Source of the DNA: Euglena gracilis
Taxonomy: Eukaryota
Assembly (NCBI GenBank): GCA_039621445.1
Contig: CP154954.1
Coordinates: forward strand, 10,187,521-10,251,520
Reading direction: 5' to 3'
Length of the DNA: 64,000 nucleotides
A program made the translations under genes and the position numbers. This document shows positions 1-26,719 of the stretch, piece by piece. Under the pieces are notes generated by a model. The model saw only the letters and a list, made by a program, of their open reading frames with translations, was not told the origin of the DNA and did no database searches. The first letter of the stretch is position 1; the number at the start of each line of letters is the position of its first letter.

Positions 1-349
1 GGCTGGCTCGCTCCGGGGGTTTTGACGCACTTTTTTGTTTTTTGCCGGCCTTGGAATTGTGTTTTGGTACGTTTGCCGGAGCGCGGGGAACAAGCATGGG
101 GGGGATAGGGTGGGTCCAATCACGCCGCCGGCCAACGAACGCAGAAAGGAAGGCGTGCCTGGGGATTTTGTGCAGGCCTGTGCAGGTGAAGGGAAAGTGG
201 TTTGAAGAGGAGGGAAGGGTCACAAGTCCCCACCGAACTTGAAGTGGGGATTTGTCTGGCCAAGTTGTGTCGCGATGAAACGGGAGAGGGGATCACGCAA
301 ATTTCAATGGAGCGATTTATCACAGCTACGGTTGGAACAAAGAAGGATG

Positions 350-2400
350 GTTGATGCGCAATTTCGCACATCAACCACTGCACAGTTCCCCCGAAGGACG
401 GCTACAAATACCTGTGAATTCACTACTGAAAGTGATGCGGCAGACACCGTTATTTTTGGACTAAAGATGAGCTCGGTTTGCGCAAATGCGCACAGCGACC
501 ACGTGTGCGCATTTGCGCAAACCGACCTCATGCCCATTTGTGAAAAGGGATGCGATCAAATATCGTGGAACGTGAACGTACCTCACTGCCCAGAGCCTTT
601 TAAAACAACAATAACTGGAAGAGCTTACGACGCAGCTGTGCGTTGAAAACAGACAGAAATGCACTGAAAAAAGCACATATATCAGTGTCAGGTCGGAATA
701 AAAAAGAGGTTGGTTTGCGCAAATGCGCACGTGGTCGGCGATTACACATTTTCAAACACCGACCACGTGTGTAAAGGTGCACGTCGTCGGAGTGCAAAAT
801 GGGCACACCATGACGACGTGCGCATTTACGCACACCGACCACGATTGTAAAAAACCCGTCAAAAACGACCCCAAACACCACGTGCAATGGCTCCTTCGGT
901 GTGCAGCTTACTCAGCTGCCGAACACTCTCTTCAACCGAGAGGCTTTTTTAGGGTCGATTCTGGCCCAGTGACAGGTCCAGGTCCATTTGGAGACTGTAG
1001 ACCTCTGGTGAGTGGCCTGCCGCTGGCACGTCCTGGCACACGTGCAACGGCGCAGCTTGGGCAAGGGGTGGCCCTCGAAAACCCCTGCCACTTGCCCCTT
1101 GGTTTGCGTTTTGCTGCACCAGTCACGTCAGGTGATGACAGGGGTCGCACTTAAGCATCCAAAAGGCCGTTGTTTACCCTCCAGTTCAGCAGCAGGCACC
1201 GAGGTGGCATTGTTCTCCCCCACAACCGGGACGGCAGACTGGGGGGACGGGCAATCTGCTGGTCCATGGAAACAATGGAAAAAGGGAGCGTCTTAAATGT
1301 AGCCACAAAACTCGTCGTTTTGGAGGGAAAGAATATTTAATGTTTGCACCTGGTTGGGTTGCGTGAAAGTAATGGGATTTAACACCCGGATATTGTGTAA
1401 CCCCCCCCCCCCCCAAATAACCTGGCGGGGTGCCAAGTTACTGGAACCAACTTTTTTGCCCCTCCCCCCGCCAAGTTATTCGGCCCCCGCCAGGAGTTGG
1501 GACCCCGCCAGGTTATTTGGGGGGGTTTACAAAAACTGGTGCGTTGCATGTTTTCTGAGGAAAAAAAATGAGCCATCCATTGCGGGAAAAAAAGGAAAAA
1601 TGATTCTTGGTCGAGGAGACAGGAGGATTACACACATGTCGTTTTGAAATTCTGGAAGTCGTTGTTTTTTTCAGAAAGGTGTCTAACAATCACGGGGGGT
1701 TACACGTCATCAATTCCTCCCGCAACTCCCAATTGATGACGCGAAAACGACCTGTCGTATGGGTTAGAGATAAGACATGCAAACTTGTCCTTGGAGAGGA
1801 CAAACTTTCTCCTGCCATACAGTGTGTTCTACTGCATGTTTCGCAAAATGCAAAAACCAGAATTTTTTCATCGCATAATTGTTTCAAAAGTTTTGTGTCC
1901 ACAGTGGTCGGTGTGCGCAAATGCGCACGTCAACTGTCAAGGATGAAGAGAACTCCATAATATGGAAGTCAAACAAAGGTGCATTTACAAGCTACCGTTC
2001 TTTGTCACACATTGCAATCGGTGCCCATTCAAAATCCCTGGACAAATCCTACTGCTAGAGCCAAGAAAAGGCAGGGTTTACGTTTTATGTGGTAGTATAA
2101 AAATGTGGAGTACATTTCACAAATTTCACGTGGTTGGTTTGTGCAAATGCGCACATCAACCATTCACATATTTGCACACCCCAACCACATGGATATTTTA
2201 CGTAAGTGGTTGGTGTGCACATTTGCGCACATCGACCACTTATTTGTTTGTAAGTGGTTGATGTGCGCATTTGCGCACATCGACCATCAACAAATGGCAC
2301 AAGTGGTCATTGTGCGCAAATGCGCACACCAACTACTTCCACAAAATACAAATATGGTTGGTGTGCGCATTTTGCGCACATCGACCTCATTTCATAAATT
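350..2400. repeat. Cluster of TGCGCAAATGCGCAC-like motifs in both orientations, probably subterminal repeats of a decayed DNA transposon
   Basis: Many copies, e.g. near 478, 505, 715, 1914, 2140, 2215, 2262, 2312 and 2362; no transposase ORF recognised. Confidence 0.5.
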
Positions 2401-2539
2401 TGTGTCATGTGAGCGTTTCATCGCTAGACACACATTTTGATCCGTCTGGCAGCTCAGAGTTTTGGAAAGGTTTTTTTCGCCACAATCGTCGCCCAATTTA
2501 CCTTCAAATCACATTGTTCAAATGGTGGATAGTCGGTAC

Positions 2540-3921
2540 CAGGCACCTACGGCCGACCAGGGCCGACCAGGGCCGACCAGGGCCGACCATGGCCGACCAG
2601 GGCCGACTATGGTTTTCAGGACCCCCGTAGGTGGGGGTTCCGACCAGGGCCGACCAGGGCCGACCAGGGCCGACCAGGGCCGACCAGGGCCGACTTGCAT
2701 GTGGTTGGCCGACCGAAGGGGAATGGATGAAGGAATTCGGCAGCTTTCCCTCTGGAACAAGCACCTCTGATGATGCTGGGTGATGCAGGGCGATAATGGG
2801 CGATGCTGGGTGATGCTGGATTTTTGGAGACAGAGGTGGGGTTCCGATGCTGGGCGATGCTTTTTTGGATGGCTGAAGTGGGGTCCATATTTGGGCCTAT
2901 ACTGCTGGGTACACCCTCCCTCCCCCGCAGACCACTCCAGCATGCCCTTCATGTCTGCCCATGCCTCTGCCTCTGCTGCTGTGCTGGACCTCTCTGTCCC
3001 CCTCGGGGAGGTGTGTGACTCCCCTGGAGCCGAAGGTATCGTGCCCCTGCTGCATACCTGCGTACAGACTCCACATTGGTGCTTGTTTCGTACCTGAGTC
3101 GACGATGTTCCTCCCTGGCTCGTCTGGCCTTCCCTGAGTGACTCCCTGGAGTGGATGCTTTGGTGGGAGAGGGAGGTTAGGGGGGAATCTTAAGTTGTGG
3201 GATAAACGGGCGACTGTAGTTGCGGTTGTAGGGATGTGCATGATCATGTGCATCCGTGGATGCTTTTAGGGCATTTGAATCCGAGGATGCTTGTAGGGGT
3301 GTGCATACTGCGCCTTTGGAAGGATTGGCATCCAACGAGCCGCGAACTTAATACACAAAGTCGCGAGTTGGATGTCGAGGAAGGTTGGCTGGAGGCCAAG
3401 AAGCGGGACCCCCGGGAAGTGTGACCCCCAAAGGGCTTTGCTGACCAGCGTCCTCTCCTTCAGTGGAGGAAGCTGCGTGGTCGGGAGAAGCACGACTGGC
3501 AGTGGTTGCTGCTGCTGGAGAGGCAGCGGTGGGACCAGCTGGAGGAGCTGCGGGTGCTGGAGGGTGAGGTGGTCGTGTTTGCAGTACCCTTCCAGTGCCC
3601 CTGCTGTATTTGTGTGCCTGAATTTTGGTCTTCGGTTATAGGGTATTATTGGATGGTTCTAGGGTGATGCAGGGCGATGCAGGGCGATGCAGGGCGATGC
3701 AGGGCGATGCGGGGCCCAAAGGGGTGGGTGACCGAAGGTGCTTGCCAATGGAGGCCTTATGGGGCACTTCCTTTTGATCTTGGCGAGACAATTCAGAAAA
3801 TCATTGCATCCCTTCACATTTTTTCTGTGGCAGATACCCCCACCTATGGCCGACTATTTGCCGACCAGGGCCCACCAGGGCCGACCAGAGCACCAAAATG
3901 GGAAGTGACCATAGGTGCCTG
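2540..3921. mobile_element. Non-autonomous hAT-like TIR element with internal GGCCGACCAG decamer repeats
   Basis: TIR CAGGCACCTA...TAGGTGCCTG; perfect 8-bp TSD GTCGGTAC at 2532-2539 and 3922-3929. Confidence 0.85.
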
Positions 3922-4367
3922 GTCGGTACCTTTCAAACAGGTGTGCAACGCCCGGCAGTCACAGGCAGCAGGGACACACCAAAACACATCGTCACAACAG
4001 CCAGGGTGCACAACCCACCTGTTTTACAGACAACAACACCAATCTGTCGCTCCTGACGTATCAGAAAGGATCGTCAGGATGACAGTTTGAGACCTCCCTG
4101 TTTCCTACCCTGTATTGTGAGGTGTGAACCTGACACATTGCTGTTTCACCAGGTGCTTTCGGCGGTTCAAGAATTTTGTAAAAAAAATGTCGATTTGCAC
4201 AATTGCGCACATCGACAAATAAAAAACCCTGAAGTGCGAGTTTGGCCGCCTAAGTGGGTGTCGGACCCCCCCCCCCAGGGACAACAAAGAACCTCTCACA
4301 AGGGGACCCCCCCGCGCCCCGCCCCCCCCCCGCCCCCCTCCGGGTCCCCAACCAAAAGCCTGACCCC

Positions 4368-4761
4368 ATCCGCTGCTCTGACCTCGACGCTGTGCTGCAG
4401 TCCCTGCGCCTCGGACTGACCGCGGAGGCCATCGCCCGCCTCGTGCGGCCGCACACCCCGAAGGGCCGCCAGCTGCGTGTGGTGGAGTACCTCGGGCAGG
4501 CCATGCCTTTCGCAGCCATCCCCCCGTGCAACCTGTGGCCCACCAGGCCCGGGGGTTTTTCTTAAAAAAAAGTTGTTTGTTGTTGTTGTTGTTGTTGTTG
4601 TTGTTTTAAAAAAATGTTGTGGTTGTGGTTGTGGTTGTGGTTGTGGTTGTTTGACCCTCGGGAGGGTGGACCCCCACCCTCTCCCCCACAAGGATACGCC
4701 TGGGAAAGACGTCTGTGACACGCAGTTCGTCCCCACGGAGGTGTCGGAGGAGGCCGAGTGA
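4368..4761 (+). CDS. Last two exons (4368-4493, 4708-4761) of a gene starting upstream; possible degenerate EF-hand-like C-terminus (CCAR1-like, tentative)
   Basis: Removing non-conventional intron 4494-4707 (CAGGCCATGCCTT pairing with AAGGATACGCCTG, +4/-6 register) gives IRCSDLDAVLQSLRLGLTAEAIARLVRPHTPKGRQLRVVEYL|DVCDTQFVPTEVSEEAE*. Confidence 0.7.
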
Positions 4762-5798
4762 GCCACGTCGGGTGTCCCCCCCCAAGCGACGCTCCAGCCC
4801 ACACGGCCACCACCCCTGCTGCTGCCGAGAGGGTTTGCTCAATACCCCGTGGCAGCAACAACTCACCCCCGACTACACCAACGGCTGGCAGCAGCATCCG
4901 TTTCACGCCACATTTCTGTCCTGTTCCGGGGATTTCCGCCCGCCCCCATCGCTGTCGCCTGCGTGCAGGCTTCTCCCCATCCCATCCGGTGTTGTGGCGG
5001 ACCCTCTGGCCCACCATCCCCTCCATGCCCATTCAGTGTGTTACCGTTCAGGCCAGGCGGCCCATCAGGCCACGCCAAGCAAGCGCTTGGTACGTTTTCC
5101 CGCATTTGTGCCGCGTTGGGCCAGGGCAGATTTTGTGTCAAAAATGCTTTTTTTTGTATAATTGGAGGTTTTTTTTGACAACTTTGCAGTTTCGATTCTT
5201 TGGAACCTGGTTTGACCCCCAGTCGGGCCCAGTTCCAGCTGGGGGACCCCCATGGTGGGGGGGGGAGAGGGGGCAGCCTTTTTCCAGCCAGCCGAAATTT
5301 TCCAGCCTCTGAGCTGGACCCCCCCCCCCCGGGACCTCAAACGACGCCCTGTTGTGGAGTAACAAGAGAACATGTATGCCAAATGCCAACTTGGCACATG
5401 CAAAATTCTGCATTCCATAATCTGGACTTGGGACAGGGCCGACACGAGAGGACAGCCCTCCTGTCCTCCCTGTCTGCCCCCTCTCCCCCACACAGCACGC
5501 CACCCTCATGTGCAGCTGGTCTCCGGGTGCGTAGGTTTTGGACCGCACCACTGCTTCCCTTCTGTCCACCGTGCACCCCCCCCCCACACCAAGGAAAGAG
5601 TATCCCCAACTTTTCAATTGCAAAAAATTTATTCACAAATAATTTTATTTTTTTTGGTTTTAATTTTTGGCTGTCCAGGTTTGGCAATCCATCACCTCAG
5701 TATGGGCAGTGACTGGGCAACAGCGTTCTTTAATATCTGCCCGCCGCTGCTCCGCTGAGAGGCGGTGGTGCGGCGGTGCCCCACCACTGGGGCCCCGA

Positions 5799-20270
<14,472 letters not shown>

Positions 20271-21169
20271 GGTCGGGCCCTTGTTTGGTCACTGCCAGAA
20301 GCTCACCCGTCACACTTTCCGGAGGTGGAGGGAGTGTGTTTTGCAATTAAATCAGACAGTCAGGGAATTCTGAAAAAAAAGAAAAATCGAGCACCGGAGG
20401 GCTTCCACCAGTTGACCTTGGCCGTATCACCCCAATTACGTTGAGACCCCGTTGTACCCGCATGGGAGGAAAAGCGATGTTGCTTTGCACATTTGCAAAA
20501 GGATCCACTTTAAAGCCTCCTGTGCCAGCCTGCTCGGAGCCGGAACATGTGGTGTAATTGTGATATTATCTCTCCTGCCCCCCCCCCCAATAGAAGCACG
20601 GGTGCGCCTAGGACCACTCGGGGCAGACAGAAATGTTTGTGGAAAGGATGCCCGGCACCATACCACACAGCAATAGGAATAATCCCCCACAAAAGCGCGG
20701 GGCCGCGACAAGCACAAGGTCCCCCAGCCACCAAAGGCGGCGGCCTGATACAAGCGCACCCCCCAATTGAAGGGATTTCTCAAGGAAATCAACAAAATCG
20801 CCCAGGTGGAGTCCAAATAGAAGCGCACTTCCCGCTGCCGGAGGCGGCAGCCCGCTATAACCACTTGAATGGTCAATTACGCGAGTGCACCCTGAGGCCT
20901 TCACAGTGTGCTCCTGAAAATGCGGGAAGAGGTGGTGGGGGGGTCGACCCCCCCCCACCCACCATGAAGGGGGGGGGTCGACCCCCCGCAAATACGGAAG
21001 CCTGACTGGAATCAATACCGTGACCCGAATCAGAATCACTGGCATCCTCACAACAGCAACAAAGGAATATTTCCTTGCCGACGCAAAAAAAAAGTATATG
21101 GTGACAATCTAGACGGTCCGAACACCCCCTGTTCATTGGGCAAGGGTGTTCATTGGGCTTGGGGGGGGG

Positions 21170-21707
21170 TATGTATGTATGTATGTATGTATGTATGTAT
21201 GTATGTATGTATGTATGTATGTATGTATGTATGTATGTATGTATGTATGTATGTATGTATGTATGTATGTATGTATGTATGTATGTATGTATGTATGTAT
21301 GTATGTACGTACGTACGTACGTACGTACGTACGTACGTACGTACGTACGTACGTATGTATGTATGTATGTATGTATGTATGTATGTATGTATGTATGTAT
21401 GTATGTATGTATGTATGTATGTATGTATGTATGTATGTATGTATGTATGTATGTATGTATGTATGTATGTATGTATGTATGTATGTATGTATGTATGTAT
21501 GTATGTATGTATGTATGTATGTATGTATGTATGTATGTATGTATGTATGCATGCCTGTATGTATGCATGTATGCATGTATGTATGTATGTATGTATGTAT
21601 GTATGTATGTATGTATGTATGTATGTATGTATGTATGTGTGTATGTATGTATGTATGTATGTACGTACGTACGTGCGTGCTTGCGTGCGTGCGTGCGTGT
21701 GTGCGTG

Positions 21708-21763
<56 letters not shown>

Positions 21764-21979
21764 TATGCATGAATGTATGTATGTATGTATGTATGTATGT
21801 ATGTATGTATGTATGTATGTATGTATGTATGTATGTATGTATGTATGTATGTATGTATGCATGCATGTATGTATGCATGTATGCATGTATGTATGTATGT
21901 ATGTATGTATGTATGTATGTATGTATGTATGTATGTATGTATGTACGTACGTACGTGCGTGCTTGCGTGCGTGCGTGCG

Positions 21980-22053
<74 letters not shown>

Positions 22054-22452
22054 TATGCATGAATGTATGTATGTATGTATGTATGTATGTATGTATGTAT
22101 GTATGTATGTATGTATGTATGTATGTATGTATGTATGTATGTATGTATGTATGTATGTATGTATGTATGTATGTATGTATGTATGTATGTATGTATGTAT
22201 GTATGTATGTATGTATGTATGTATGTATGTCTGTATGTCTGTATGTATGTCTGTATGTATGTATGTATGTATGTCTGTTTGTGTGTCTGTCTGTGTGCAT
22301 GTATGTTTGTATGTATGCATGTATGTCTGTATGTATGTATGTCTGTATGTATGTATGCATGCATGCATGCATGCATGCATGCACGTATGTATGTATATGT
22401 ATGTATGTGTTTGTTTGTATGCATGTATGCATGTATGTATGTATGTATGTAT
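21170..22452. repeat. 1.3-kb compound (TATG)n/(TACG)n/(TG)n microsatellite with an internal block duplication
   Basis: Direct reading; explains the long HTYI/MYVC pseudo-ORFs. Confidence 0.95.
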
Positions 22453-22707
22453 AAACTCTTGAAAATGCTTGAAAATGCCTTAAACAATTGGCACTGGTAG
22501 TTTTTCTCCGACTGAACAAATATCAAAGTGCAAAATCTCGAGCCAAATCCAGGAAGAAAAAAATGATTTCTGGCATCGCTGGAACATTATCTGCCCAACC
22601 AAAATTCAAAAAATGCTTTTTTTCCTTTTTTTTGGAAAACACTTGGACTTGATTTTGGAAAACATTCAAAATCAAAAAAGTTGGTTGGATAGCCCTTGGA
22701 CCACCAT

Positions 22708-23149
22708 CAGGCTTTTGCTTAAGGACCCCCGGGGGGGGGGGTACTGGCTAGCCAATCGGCTAGACACTGGAAAAAGTGGACTAGCTAGACCCCCCCTCCC
22801 CCCCGGGGGGGGGGGGTCCGGGGGTCCCCCGGACTGGAAAAAAATTTTTCCTCCGGCGCTGCGCGCCGGAGGAAAAATGAGGTTTTTAATAGGTTTTTGG
22901 CTGATTTTGTTCCAAAAATTTCCAAAAATGGCCAAAAACGGGCATTTTTGGCCATTTTTGGGGGTCCCAAAAAAAATTTTCGGCGCTTCGCGCCGGTCAC
23001 TGGAAAAATTTTTCCCACTAGCTAGCCCTGCTAGCAGACCCCCCCGGGGGGGGGGGGGGTCTGCAAGAAAACCCACTAGCCAAATTTGGACTAGCTGCAG
23101 TCCAGCCCCCCCCCCGGGGGGGTACTGCAATCCCTTAAGCAAATGCCTG
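22708..23149. mobile_element. hAT-like MITE
   Basis: TIR CAGGC(T/A)TTTGCTTAAGG; perfect 8-bp TSD ACCACCAT at 22700-22707 and 23150-23157. Confidence 0.9.
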
Positions 23150-25153
23150 ACCACCATGGAAAATAGCGCCTTGGAAAGCCTTCGAATGCCTTAAAAAATC
23201 TTTAAAAATACCTTAAAATTTTGGGGGAAAATAATAATGCCTGCTCCTGGCAAAGAGCAAAAGACGTGTGAACGGTTGTCTTGCACGGCTTTCCACACGA
23301 CGGGGTCAGTCCAGGGGAGGAAAGGTCTCTTTGCCACCCGAGATTGCGCGACTCGTGGCGGCTGAGGGCGTGTGGAAGGCCAGGCGCGCTGGAGGTGCAG
23401 TCGGCGCTGGCGGTGCAGACTGGAGGGGGGAGAGTCCCTGCCAATGGCAGAGGCACGACCTCGGGAGGGAGAGACCGCCAGGGTGGGCCGGCGGAGAATG
23501 GGACGCCAAAAATGATCCACAGTTTCACCATTTTTTTATTGGAAAAAAAATTGAAACACAACAAAAGGTTTGCTCGCGCCCCATCGGTTTTTACAGATCG
23601 CCGTGAGCGTGGAGGGCACTTGGAAGCCTGATGGGGAGACTGGGCCACCCACGGTGGAACTCGACCCCACTCCCCGGGTTCACATCGAGAAAAACATGCC
23701 TGAGTTGGGAATGCAAAAGAAGCACTTCTGTCGATTGGGGTGGAGATTTGTGATCAGAAATTTACAAAATGATCTACAATACATTTTGTATGTTGAAAAA
23801 AAATAAGCTAGAAACAAGACGCATCAATTAGGAAACTTTACAAAAATTGGTTCCGGACTGAACGTTTTGGCCACCTAATAGATAAGTGCTGTTAGCAAAT
23901 CGTCAAGAAACAGAACGCATGTATGATTAGGAACCAAAGGTTCGAAGTTTTCTATTTCTGGCGAAAAACAGGTGTCAGCTGAAAATTGGATCCCAAATCA
24001 GAAAATTATATTGAATCGAAATTATTTCTAAGCAAATCTCTCAAAACCAACACATGCATGCACAACAAAACCTTGCAAAAATAATCAACACAAAAAAACA
24101 GTTTGAAAAACAGCGTCTTATAACAAATGATATACCACAATAAACTGTGCAACCATGAGCCTGGTGGAGGGGGGGGGTCTGTGGTCCAATGGGGAAAAAA
24201 GAACAATAGACACCTTAATTACCAAAGAACCCTGAACCTTTGTGTTGATTGTCAATAAGACAATGCAAGGTGAAAACCTGGGGTTAAGAAGGGGAGACTA
24301 CATCCACGAGACATACGGAGGCTGGTCCTCAGCCTCTATGGTCCCTTTCTGGAAAATGGCATCCCCCACGCCTGGGCAGCGGGCAGCGCGTCCCACCCTG
24401 GGGATGGAGGCGACCGAGGCGGAATGCAGCAAGCGTGCAGGGGCGTGCGAGGGGCCGGCACATCCCCCGGGGCACCGCACATGACTGGGAGTATGACTGC
24501 GCACACCGCACATGACACCGCACATGACATGACACTGCACACATGACACCGCACATGACATGACACTGCACACATGACACCGCACATGACTGGGCGTATG
24601 ACCGCGTGACCCCACGGCAGCGATTTTCTGGCGAAGGAGGGGAAGCAAGCCGACAACCCCACTGCTTTGGGGCATTTCTGACCAATTCAGGGGGACACGC
24701 AAAAAAATGAAATGAATAAAATGCCCTCAAAAATGAGTGGAGAGTGAGGGTTGGGGGGGGGGGGTGGGGGAGGTCCTGGGGCGCGGGGGATTCCATTTTG
24801 AAGCGTTCTAGAGAATTGATGGTGTTCCTGAAAGCGAAAATTCTGAAAGCGAAAGTGGAACCATCCAACAGGCCACAAAGTGCGGTGTGCCCAGAACTTC
24901 AAAGAAGATGCAGCACAAATCATGCGCACAGGTGCTGCCTATTTAGTTTATTTATATAAAATAAAATTGATTTATATAAAATAAATATAAAAATATACAA
25001 TAAAAAAATATGTATATATATTATAAAATAATTAATATTAAAAACTTATTACCCGCCCCCCCCCCCCTGTCGTACGACCGGGTTCCTGCAACCTGGGACC
25101 GGGGGGTGGTCGTTAATGAGGGGCGGTTGTACGACAAGGGGAACCACACCAGC

Positions 25154-26296
25154 GGGAACCACACCAACCACACAAGGTGAGTGTATGTCCCTACAGCGCT
25201 GGAATTACACCAGAGTTGCTCACCCGGCCAGGCGGAGCAACAAAAGAGCACTGGTTTAAGGGGTACCTGGCCACTCACCACACAGCAAGCTGGGCCAGAA
25301 GCGAAGTTTGTGCCGGCCATAAACAGACAAGAAGCCTTAGTGCAACTAAGGGGGACCACCCACGCAAGCCGTGGGGCCACGTACTCACGTGGCAACCAGA
25401 AGCGGTGACCACACACCATTTGTGACGATTTTAGGTGGTGTGTTGCAGTGGTGGGAACGTCGCCAAAGCGAGGGCGCCAAAGCGAGGGTGCCCAAGGCCC
25501 TGAATAGCCATCGCTTTGGTGTCCGGGTGCCCCAGAGGGCCTTGACCAGCCCACCCGGGTGCCCCTGGTTGCCTTGACCAACCCGGCCCACCCCTGTGGC
25601 CAGAAGAGAAAATGGGAGGAGTGAGGGGAAGAAAGTGGGACCCCCGCGGAGACCAGCAGCGGAAAACGCGACTCCGATGCCTCTGTAGGGGGGCATGGCC
25701 GCTTCGTGCGACCGCCTGGGGGATATGGCAGGGGGGCCTTTGGGCTCGCCGGCCTAGTAGGAGCACACCCCCAGCAACCCAACCCGAAAGGGGAAGTCAG
25801 CAGAGAGGGATCCACCCACGAGGCAGAGGACCGCCCAAACCAACCCCAGACAGGGCATGGAGCGCGGGTACCAGTATGTAAGGAACTACTGGTACCCAGC
25901 GGCACACTACCCACCCGCCAACTGCCCTAAGGCCGAGATTTGGTGACCCGGGTTTACCAAAGCCACGGGACCGTGAGGCCACACCGGAATTTTTCAAGTC
26001 ATGGTGTTGTGCCTGCACCATGCATCCCCCACACAGAAAAGTGGGAAGAGGGCAGGAGGCAAGAGCAGCACTGGGGCGCAAGGGTGTAGACCCACCCACG
26101 GGAACCACACCAACCACACAAGGTGAGTGTATGTCCCTACAGCGCTGGAATTACACCAGAGTTGCTCACCCAGCCAGGCGGAGCAACAAAAGAGCACTGG
26201 TTTAAGGGGTACCTGGCCACTCACCACACAGCAAGCTGGGCCAGAAGCGAAGTTTGCGCCGGCCATAAACAGACAAGAAGCCTTAGTGCAACTAGG
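25154..26296 (+). mobile_element. Two direct copies (25154-25351, 26100-26296) of a structured ~200-bp repeat flanking ~750 bp of unique sequence; SINE/LINE-tail or TRIM-like
   Basis: Near-identical copies; further copies at 46411-46608 and 49518-49616. Confidence 0.75.
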
Positions 26297-26719
26297 GGGG
26301 GGGGCAGGTAATATTAAAATTAAATATTACTTATTTTCACTTTGTTTTAATCTATCTGGTTATTTCAATTTATTTATTTATTTTATCAATTTATTTATGT
26401 CATATTTTTATGGTTTCTGTGATTTTTTTTAATCAAAAAAAGAAATTACTTGAAAATAGGCTTCAGATACTATAAAAAAATACAGGTCCAGCCCCCCCCC
26501 CCCCCCGAGCACTGCCCCTTCGCCGCGGGGGGGGGGGGGGGGCATGTCACAGGGTCCAGGGGTATAGGGCGGCACACCCAACACGGATAGTGCCGGGCAG
26601 GGGCAAAATGCCACCTTTATGGGAACCTCTTTGTGCTTCTGCTATGGCAGGCACCATGGTCCAAGGCACATTCCCACGTTGCGGGGAGGTACATGTCCCC
26701 ATAGGGTTGAAAGGCCTCC

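Noticed and set aside
20873-22526. Long ORFs of up to 548 aa (HTYI/MYVC repeats)
   Set aside because: Translation of a stop-free microsatellite; the same applies to ORFs over the TG, GA, ATATG and ATATGT tracts
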